Source: Octopus sinensis (taxonomy: Eukaryota). From it: DNA of 9,831 nucleotides. The stretch lies in NCBI RefSeq assembly GCF_006345805.1, contig NW_021827754.1, positions 1 to 9,831 on the forward strand. The letters are read 5' to 3'. Every line of letters starts with the position of its first letter. The first letter of the stretch is position 1. The position numbers were made by a program, and so were the translations under genes. The notes below the pieces were generated by a model. That model saw only the letters and a program-made list of their open reading frames with translations, was not told the DNA's origin and ran no database searches. Below, in pieces: positions 1 through 7,747 of this stretch.

Positions 1-72
1 AATGTGTATTTTTCCCCGTATCTAGAAACAGTATATACAGTTCAACATCATCTGTATCGAAAATACCCGCAG

Positions 73-595
73 ATATATATATTATATATATAATATATGA
101 TATATATATATATATATATATATATCTATATATATATATATATATATTACATATATATATAATATATACACATTATATATATATATATATATATGCGTAT
201 ATACACATTGTAAATATATCCATGTGAACACAAACTGCACACACCCACACTCACAGGCAAATATATGCATTAAGTAAATACGGGTAGAAAGATAGGTTTA
301 TGTATGTGAGTCGCTCTTGTGTGTGTACGTGTGTGTATTTAAGTGCTTTTGAGAGTATTTTGTGTGTGTGTGTGTGCGTGTGTGTGTGTTTAATGTCATT
401 CTGTCAAACGGTCTTACAACGTAAATATTACTCCGACACCGAGAGGAAATATCAACTGTACGCACGCATGCGCATACGTACCCGCACCACACACATACGA
501 GTACACACAGATACACGCACATATATAAGCATACATACATATGTATGTAAACATATATACATACATATGTATATAAACATACATATATATGTATA
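73..595. repeat. Compound microsatellite region: degenerate (TA)n, then CA-rich, (TG)n and (CA)/(TACA)n tracts with short unique spacers
   Basis: Directly visible: (TA)n 73-200, (TG)n about 319-390, CA/TACA-rich about 470-590. Confidence 0.95.
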
Positions 596-768
596 GGCGC
601 AGGTGTGGCTGTGTGGTAAGTAGCTTGTTTACCAACCACATGGTTCCGGGTTCAGTCCCACTGCGTGGCACCTCGGGCAAGTGTCTCCTACTATAGCCTC
701 GGGCCGACCAAAGCCTTGTGAGTGGATTTGGTAGACGGAAACTGAAAGAAGTCCATCGTATATACATG

Positions 769-799
<31 letters not shown>

Positions 800-964
800 G
801 TATGTATGTGTGTTTGTGTGTCTGTGTTTGTCCCATCCAACATCGCTTGACAACCTATGCTGGTGTGTTTATGTCCCCGTTACCTAGCGGTTCGGCAAGT
901 CCCGGGGTCGAGTTCCTCGATTAAAGGCCGCAGTCAAATGACTGAAACAAGTAAAAGAGTAAAG
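596..964 (+). mobile_element. tRNA-derived SINE, family A, copy 1 (near full length, internal TA/TG microsatellite, two internal deletions)
   Basis: Pol III A-box-like TGGCTGTGTGG at 606-616 and B-box-like GGTTCAGTCC at 649-658; body and tail match three other copies in the window (705-744 vs 1617-1656 rc, 38/40; 926-958 vs 1035-1067 rc, 31/33); ends in a repeated GTAAAAGA-type tail. Resembles, from memory, octopus tRNA-derived SINEs; exact family name not assigned. Confidence 0.88.
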
Positions 965-1272
965 CGTATACTATACATATGTGTGTGTTTGTGTTTCTGT
1001 GCACATGTGTGTGTGAGAGAAAGTACATCTTTTATCTTTTACTTGTTTCAGTCATTGGACTGTGGCCACCCTGGAGCTCCGCCTTGAAGGGATTAGTCAA
1101 ACAAATCGACCCCAGTGCATTTTTTTAAAATCCGTTATTTATTCTATCGCTCTCCTTTTGCCGAATCACTAAGTTACGAGAACATAGACAAACCAGTACC
1201 GGTTGTGACGTGTTGCTGGGGGAACAAACACAAACACAGACTCATATTTGTGTGTGTGTGTTTCTTTGTGTG

Positions 1273-1600
1273 TGTATGTATGTATGCATGCATGCATGTA
1301 TGTATGTATGTATGTATGTATGTATGTATGTATGTATGTATGTATGTATGTATTTTTGTATGTATGTATGTATGTATGTATGTATGTATGTATGCATGTA
1401 TGTATGTATGCATGTATGTATGCATGTATGTATGTATGTATGTATGTATGCATGCATGCATGCATGCATGTATGTATGTATGTATGCATGCATGCATGTA
1501 TGCATGCGTGCATGTATGCATGTATGTATGTATGCATGTATGCATGTATGTATGTATGTATGTATGTATGTATGTATGTATGTATGTATGTATGTATGTA
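1273..1600. repeat. (TGTA)n array with TGCA variant units, inside SINE copy 2
   Basis: 82 in-register 4-nt units by manual count: 61 TGTA, 19 TGCA, 1 TGCG (1505), 1 TTTT (1353); no indels. Confidence 0.97.
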
Positions 1601-1654
1601 TGTGATTGGCTTCTACCAGTTTCCATCTACCAAATCCATTCACAAGGCTTTGGT

Positions 1655-1993
1655 CGCCTCCTTATGAGAGCTCAAAATCTCTCGTGGAAACGTCATCCAA
1701 CCAAAATGCAAATATATGGGAAACTACCACCTGTGTCATCTCTTGTGAAAGGTAGGAGAGTCCAGTTTACTGGACACTGTTGTAGAGCTGAAAACGAGGC
1801 AATTTCTACTCTTCTCCTCTGGAAGCCATCTACTCGCAATACCAGAGGGCGCACACTCTCCTACCGTGATGTAATCTCCAGGGATACAGGCATCCAGCAA
1901 CAGGACCTCCGTAATGCTATGATGGACCGTGAAGTCTGGCGTAGCATGGTAAAATCCATTGTCTCGACCACGGTCGAACAATGATGGTGATGA
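1655..1993 (+). mobile_element. 5'-truncated RTE-clade non-LTR retrotransposon (C-terminal end of ORF plus (TGA)n-like tail)
   Basis: 1655-1984 reads RLLMRAQNLSWKRHPTKMQIYGKLPPVSSLVKGRRVQFTGHCCRAENEAISTLLLWKPSTRNTRGRTLSYRDVISRDTGIQQQDLRNAMMDREVWRSMV...EQ*, carrying the RR-x-x-F/W-x-GH-x-x-R and DR-x-x-WR motifs typical of the post-RT C-terminus of RTE elements; the stop runs directly into TGATGGTGATGA (1982-1993). Confidence 0.88.
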
Positions 1994-2563
1994 CGGCCAA
2001 GGGATATGGTGGAAGATACTTGCCCACGGTGCTACGCAGTGAGACTGAACCTGGAGACTTCTGGATGGAAAGCAAGCTTCTTACCGCAGATTCACGCTTC
2101 CTTGATGTAAAACCAACCCAACGGCTGTGGCTATGAGGGACACCAATATTTTCATCACCTCAGAATGGCTATTCGTATGTGGTTGCGCTTGACGAACAAG
2201 AGTGTAACATTACTGTCGTCATTTGAGTTTCTTGCCGTGGCGTAGGCTCGACAGGTTCTTTGGACCGAAGTAGTTCTGGGCTTTTCTTCAAAACATCTAC
2301 CTCCACCACTGCTACGTAAATTCCGCAGGCTTTTAGACAAGATATTAAGCAGCTGTTGACCCATAAAACTCTACCTGTTGCTCAATTTAGACTGGGTGTT
2401 TTTGATCTTTGAGTCACAAACACCTCGTCGGGAATTTGTATTACTCTCGATACCATAGTGTGGAGGCTAGATCCTCCTGGATCTTCCATATATGGATAGA
2501 TGTTTTTATGACAAGTTATATAGAAAAATAATTAACATTAAGCTGAAGTGATGTAGAAGTAAT

Positions 2564-2759
2564 GCAACGAACTTGCAGAACCTTTAGAATGCCGAGCAAA
2601 ATGCCTAACGGTATTTTGTGCGTCTTTACATTCAAATTCTGATGATTTTGCTTTTCATCCATTCGGGGTGGGCAAAGTAAGCACCATTAGAGCACTTGAG
2701 TCGATGTAATTGACTTACCCCTTACGGTCATTATTGGTCTTGCACCAATATTTGAAACC
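2564..2759 (+). mobile_element. Degenerate tRNA-derived SINE, family B
   Basis: Head similar to rc of 9015-9100 (TGCAGAACCTTTAGAATGCCGAGCAAAATGC vs GGCTGAGTCGTTAGAGCGTCAGACGAAATGC); eroded B-box TTCAAATTC at 2631-2639; central GCTTTTCATCCATTCGGGGT...GAGTCGATGTAATTGACTT segment matches my recollection of an abundant octopus SINE. Confidence 0.65.
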
Positions 2760-2991
2760 GTGGGCCAAGAATTTCGTGTGTTTGACCATTGAGTAGTCTG
2801 CTACTTCTGCCAACCATCAATAGAAACCGTACGCACTCATGTTTTGAGTTCTTTTTCCTCCTATTTGCATTGCCAAACCTGAACAAAGTGTAATATCAAT
2901 TGGGACCGCACGTTCAACAGTATAGTCTTGTGAGCTAACTCAAGAATGTAATCTGTGTTGTATGTTAATACGTGTATCCTTGTCTCCCCGC

Positions 2992-3028
2992 CTCTCTCTC
3001 TCTCTCCCCCTCTCTCTCTCTCTCTCTC

Positions 3029-3067
<39 letters not shown>
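2992..3067. repeat. Compound (CT)n(CA)n(TA)n microsatellite
   Basis: Directly visible; abuts the palindrome starting at 3069. Confidence 0.97.
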
Positions 3068-3068
3068 G

Positions 3069-3249
3069 ACAATTAATAAGAGGAATGACTGCTAAAGTGG
3101 AATCCTATACGCTAGAAATAGACGTCAAATCGCCTTACCACAAAGAGTATGTTGTTTTCTTGAGAACACACTCTTTGTTGTAAGGCGATTTGACGTCTAT
3201 TTCTAGCGTATAGGATTCCACTTTAGTGGTCATTCCTCTTATTAATTGT
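3069..3249. repeat. Near-perfect 181-bp palindrome (85-bp arms, 11-nt loop); candidate fold-back/MITE-like element
   Basis: 3069-3153 pairs with 3165-3249 (coordinate sum 6318 throughout) at 81/85; non-Watson-Crick pairs are 3090/3228 and 3091/3227 (both G-T), 3139/3179 (C-T) and 3149/3169 (A-C). TA-rich flanks. Confidence 0.95.
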
Positions 3250-3445
3250 AATATAATTTTTAAATCTTCGGATTCTTTTGAATATGCTAGACCGCTGGTT
3301 TAAATTAATGTTAATTGATTGATATCAATTTCTAGCCTCAGTATTTTTATTTTTATATATATATATATAACAAAAACAGACGAATAGGTGTTATCTGGTA
3401 TCGCTTCGACTGTCTCATTAGCATAAGGCAATTAGTTAAATTTAG

Positions 3446-3651
3446 TAACGCGTTCCATAACTCCCAACTCATTAAGCAATCAGGTAAACAGGTGAGCAAT
3501 GACCTGATTAATCAATAGATTATCAACGAGTGAAATTTCTGAACAGAATACCAACATTCAAGAAATTTAGGTTGGCTGTGCCTCTAAGCTGTCAATCACC
3601 TATTTACATTTACCTGACTGCCTGATGAGATGGGAGTTATGTAATGTATTA
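3446..3651. mobile_element. Degenerate fold-back/MITE-like element with terminal inverted repeats
   Basis: 3456-3488 vs rc of 3609-3641 = 29/33; CAGGTGA (3489-3495) vs rc of 3596-3602 = 6/7 after a 6-nt indel; inner inverted pair AAATTTCTGAA (3533-3543) / TTCAAGAAATTT (3557-3568) shares the same centre (about 3550). Confidence 0.7.
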
Positions 3652-3964
3652 TACAACGTAAATAATTGTATCATACTTACGTCAAAATAAAAACTCGTAA
3701 TGAAACAATTGTAGTAATACCAGATAACACATTTGTCTGTTTTTATTGTGTTCTTACTCCACAGTAAAGGTTCCACTTATCGTGGGATACTTTCAGATAT
3801 TATCGGGATTGCGGATTACCTAACAACAGTTATTTTCCTTCAGTGATGCCTTCCGTGCTTAGGTAATGTATTACTTAACTGTCTGTTTTATGTGATTGTC
3901 TAGTTAACTAGTGCCGAGCTTCACTTTCATATACCTTAATATTTTATGGGTCCTTGTAATCAAA

Positions 3965-3966
<2 letters not shown>

Positions 3967-4004
<38 letters not shown>

Positions 4005-4020
4005 TGAGTGTGTGTATGTG
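3967..4020. repeat. (TG)n microsatellite
   Basis: Directly visible; flanks the 3' end of the Penelope-like fragment. Confidence 0.97.
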
Positions 4021-4040
4021 TATTCTTTGAACGTTCTCAA

Positions 4041-4525
4041 GTGTTTTAATACATACAGTTTTTCAAGCGACCACACTAGACCCGTTAAGATAGAATCTGG
4101 ATTTTGAGAGGATTTTCTATTTGATATCGAAATTGGTCCCTTCGTCCTTAATATTTCAGATTAAAGCCGAAAGGATTGTTGAATGCCTCTTACCACGGGA
4201 CCTAAAATTCGGAAGATGATCGTTGTATCTAGATTTAAGTTTTCTTTCCACGGTTCCGATATACCGTTTGATATTTGTACAACCATTGTCATGGTTTGCT
4301 GAAACATGTGCTTCATAAACAACGAAGATATATCACACTCCTGTTCTAGAGGACATTTAGATTTGTATCTACAATTGCATCTGTGGCAGGCTTGAGTCGT
4401 TTGTTGCTTATTGATTTGTCTTAACATTAGGCGGACACGAAAAGATTACGTTTATTGTGTCTATTAAATTGTTTATTGTATCTATGGGTTCTAGGGAAGA
4501 GGATAGATACTAAATGCAAGATTCT
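4041..4525 (-). pseudogene. Decayed Penelope-like retroelement fragment: RT-EN linker with CxCx5Cx5C motif and GIY-YIG endonuclease
   Basis: Manual translation across frameshifts near 4453, 4416, 4325 and 4071: RILHLVSILFPRTHRYNKQFNRHN / NVIFSCPPNVKT / INKQQTTQACHRCNCRYKSKCPLEQECDIS / VVYEAHVSANHDNGCTNIKRYIGTVERKLKSRYNDHLPNFRSRGKRHSTILSALI*NIKDEGTNFDIK*KILSKSRFYLNGSS / SLEKLYVLKH. VVY (4323-4315) and YIG (4263-4255) form the GIY-YIG signature, followed by the conserved R-x-x-x-H; stops at 4158-4156 and 4119-4117 sit where related elements, as I recall them, have Trp. Confidence 0.85.
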
Positions 4526-4718
4526 TCATCATCATGGTCACCATATTGCCACTATCATCACTAATATTTTCACCATAGTCTATACAACAAACCACCACCA
4601 CTACCACCATTACTGCCTATACCTTCACTAACAACGACGTTGCCATCTCGATCACAACCACCACTCCCATCGCCATTTTCATCATCATCGTCATTAGCCA
4701 TCACTCTCATCATTATCA

Positions 4719-4756
<38 letters not shown>

Positions 4757-4841
4757 TCCACCAATCCTATCATCACCATCACCATCACCATTACCGCAAC
4801 CACAACCACTGGCGTTATCATCATCATCACCATCGTCAACG

Positions 4842-4889
<48 letters not shown>

Positions 4890-5032
4890 ATATCATCGCC
4901 TCAAAAGCTGCTATCACAATCATCATTATCACCATGAATGTTATCTATTCCACCACGATCGCTATCACAACCATTTCTACCACCAATACCACCATCACTA
5001 AAAAGAGAAAGAATTATTTTCATTATTATTAT

Positions 5033-5033
<1 letters not shown>
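4526..5033. repeat. Degenerate triplet array (CAT/CAC/CGT, ending in ATT), left part
   Basis: Period-3 low-complexity sequence with pure (CGT)n and (CAT)n runs. Confidence 0.95.
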
Positions 5034-5076
<43 letters not shown>

Positions 5077-5638
5077 TGTGAGAGAGAGAGAGAGAGAGCA
5101 GTGCATGCCACCAAAGTGACACTGAGGTTAAATATACGAAGCCCAGTATACCCATCATAACTACCCGTTTGATAATGGTACACCAGGAACATGCATCACA
5201 GCCATATATATACGCGTCATGGTTACCTTATATTAAGATAAACAGTGCATGACCTTGGCAGGTGGAGGCCCAGTTAGAATTTTCTTCAGGTCGAGTAGCC
5301 CATCCCGCTCAAAAGGTCCCTGAGTAAGAGGCTGTTTAAGGATGTTGAATGAAACACCCATGTTTCCAGAGGTGAATTATTCAGACCCCAAAGAATCCCT
5401 CTCAACACATGGCTATGATGCTCCCCCACTGCTTCTGCTCGTGATCAAAGATGCACATATCGTCAGCCACTAAGGGACATGCTCAATTGGTTAAGGTCAA
5501 ACAACTGACAAGCAAATCTGTGGTATTGAGCGGAATATTTGCTGTAGCCCATCTTTTATACCAAGACAAAACAATGTACATGATAACACTTCCAATCAGT
5601 TAAGCTCAGAAGCCACGAGAGCCATTGCCTGGTACTAC
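5034..5638 (-). mobile_element. Unclassified ~540-bp interspersed repeat (core 5099-5638) with a simple-repeat tail, inserted in an (ATT)n tract
   Basis: Complex, non-coding island bounded by CATTAT/(ATT)n on both sides (5021-5033 and 5638-5699); on the minus strand it ends in (CT)n-CACA-(TAC)n-(TAA)n, like a retroposon tail. I recall this sequence as a high-copy octopus repeat; orientation and class are inferred. Confidence 0.6.
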
Positions 5639-5644
5639 ATTATA

Positions 5645-5700
<56 letters not shown>

Positions 5701-6030
5701 AAACTTCACCATCATTATCATCATCGTTATTGTTGTCGTCTCGGAGCATCGCTTGCATCCTCATCGTCATCATCATGATCACTACTTCTAACGTCATTAC
5801 CGCCATAACTACCATCAACATCACCATCACCACCATAGTCTCTGTTGTCACCAGCAGTACCACGGCCACCAAAAGCATTATCTTCATCATCACCACCAAC
5901 GTCATAACCATCATCATCGTCGTCGTCTCAAGCGCCACTAACATCTTTTATCATCGCCATCATTATCATAGACTCCGCCGCGTCACTGCCGCCAACGTCA
6001 CCATCAATGTCAGCATCATCCTCATCATGC
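5639..6030. repeat. (ATT)n run followed by degenerate CAT/CAC/CGT triplet array, right part
   Basis: About 20 ATT units at 5639-5699, then the same triplet vocabulary as 4526-5033; shares CACCATAGTCT (4571-4581 and 5831-5841). Confidence 0.95.
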
Positions 6031-6153
6031 GTGCACCTTGACATTAAAATCATTAATCAGCACCATTTAACACTTTACTTAGAGAAGGACCTTTAAAAAT
6101 AATCATGGAGAAATAGATTTGAAAAAAAAATAACAGAACACGGCATAAAGCAG

Positions 6154-6645
6154 AACAACAACAGCAACAACAACAACGACAACAACAACTGCAATCATAA
6201 TACTAACAACAATGACGTCAGTAAGACTACCAGCAACAACAACAACAGCAACAACAACAACAGCAACAATACTAGCTACAACAACAGCGATATCAAAGAC
6301 ACCAAAAATAACAACAAGCAGAGCGAGAACAACAACAAAAATAGCACAAACAATGACATCAAGGACAACGCCACCAACACTACCAGAGCCGCCACCGGGG
6401 CCACCCCCACCATCATCAACAACAACAACAATTATATCGATAAACTCAACAACAACAACAATAATACAACATCGGCTACAAAAAAAAATGGACGCCGTCA
6501 ACGACGCTAACGTTAAAAAATATAACAAGGAGACCAGCAACAACAACAACAAAGACAAAAACATCGAAAACACCAACAGAAACATCAAGGACACCAACAA
6601 TGTCACCGACAACAACAATTGTATCAATAACAACAACAATAATAC
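6154..6645. repeat. Degenerate (AAC)n triplet array with a CCA/GCC-rich core
   Basis: Period-3 AAC/AGC/GAC/ACC units; triplet register shifts near 6455-6490. Confidence 0.92.
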
Positions 6646-6769
6646 AAGCAAGTCGGGTCAATGATGTAGAAACAAAAATTAATCGCGCGATAATTTAACC
6701 TGGGTGACCTTGGATCTTTAGAATATCTACAGCCTCGTTTTCAATCTTAACAGTCCTTATCTGTTTCTT

Positions 6770-7372
<603 letters not shown>

Positions 7373-7508
7373 TCTTTTATCGTTTCTCTTTAATTTGTTT
7401 CAGTCATTAGACTGCGGCCATGCTGGGATATCACCTTGAAAAATTTTTATTGGAATGAATCGACCCAAATAATTACTTATTTAAAACCTGACACTTACTC
7501 TATCGGTC
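7373..7508 (-). mobile_element. SINE family A, 3' fragment (copy 3)
   Basis: TTGTTTCAGTCATTAGACTGCGGCCATGCTGG...CCTTGAA...ATCGACCC...CTCTATCGGTC is colinear with 1043-1150 of copy 2. Confidence 0.8.
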
Positions 7509-7638
7509 AAACATTTCTCCAAGACAAGGCTCGCACCGAATGCTTTACAAGTTTCATTCTGAGGGTGCATATTAAAAGACATATACATATATATAAAATT
7601 TCCTGGAGTCAAGTGATTCCTGACAGTATTTAGGTCGG

Positions 7639-7747
7639 GTGAGTCCAATAGCTCTTTGTACTTGGTTTTGAGATGTTCAAAATGTTTAATTCTTAAATAT
7701 ATTCAGCTGATGAAAACCTTTTCTCCTTTTTTTTTTTTTTTTTGCAG
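7639..7747 (+). other. Candidate 109-nt spliceosomal intron
   Basis: CGG|GTGAGT donor at 7639, CTGAT branch-like motif (A7710, 37 nt from the 3' end), 27-nt pyrimidine tract 7717-7743, GCAG|G acceptor at 7747. No transcript evidence. Confidence 0.4.

Larger units (their letters stand above)
1028..2097 (-). mobile_element. tRNA-derived SINE, family A, copy 2 (minus strand), expanded by a 328-bp tetranucleotide array and interrupted by an RTE LINE fragment
   Basis: Tail rc at 1028 to about 1240, middle rc at 1602-1656, head rc at 1994-2097. 1994-2085 aligns ungapped to rc of 615-706 at 71/92, and the halves either side of the LINE are contiguous in copy 1. Confidence 0.88.

Noticed and set aside
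606-660. tRNA gene
   Set aside because: A and B boxes are present but continue into a SINE body with multiple copies and no T-run terminator; SINE head, not a tRNA.
1273-1600. CRISPR-like or designed repeat array
   Set aside because: Units are contiguous 4-mers with no spacers, in eukaryotic repeat context.
1115-1984. 289-aa ORF, the longest in the track
   Set aside because: Accidental chimera: antisense SINE tail, stop-free (TGTA)n giving MYVC repeats, antisense SINE middle, then the RTE C-terminus. Only 1655-1984 has protein-like content.
2639-2680. CTGATGA as a hammerhead core (also CTGANGA on the minus strand near 5289, 5465 and 9054, and plus strand 3622)
   Set aside because: No correctly placed GAAA or supporting stems; several lie within SINE sequence.
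4156-4158. In-frame UGA as selenocysteine (known in some Naiad PLEs)
   Set aside because: It lies at an expected Trp rather than Cys position, the next stop is UAG, and the frame is broken by several frameshifts. Two TGG>stop changes are also too few to infer deaminase editing.
4570-6041. Poly-Ile/Met/Val/Thr ORFs
   Set aside because: Products of CAT/CAC/CGT/ATT triplet repeats on both strands.
6103-6664. Overlapping Thr/Pro/Asn-rich (mucin-like) ORF and antisense Val/Leu-rich (membrane-like) ORF
   Set aside because: Both are translations of a degenerate (AAC)n array; a third Asn-rich frame is also open over much of it, and the triplet register shifts near the A run at about 6480, turning poly-Thr into poly-Asn. 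No signal peptide or domain recognised.
6682-6691. Palindrome ATCGCGCGAT (and TCCATATATGGA near 2485-2496)
   Set aside because: Short palindromes are expected by chance in 10 kb; no supporting context for a regulatory role.
7480-7700. Minus-strand open stretch KHFEHLKTKYKELLDSPDLNTVRNHLTPG...
   Set aside because: No recognisable homology, no convincing flanking splice sites, and it runs through a TA repeat into SINE sequence.
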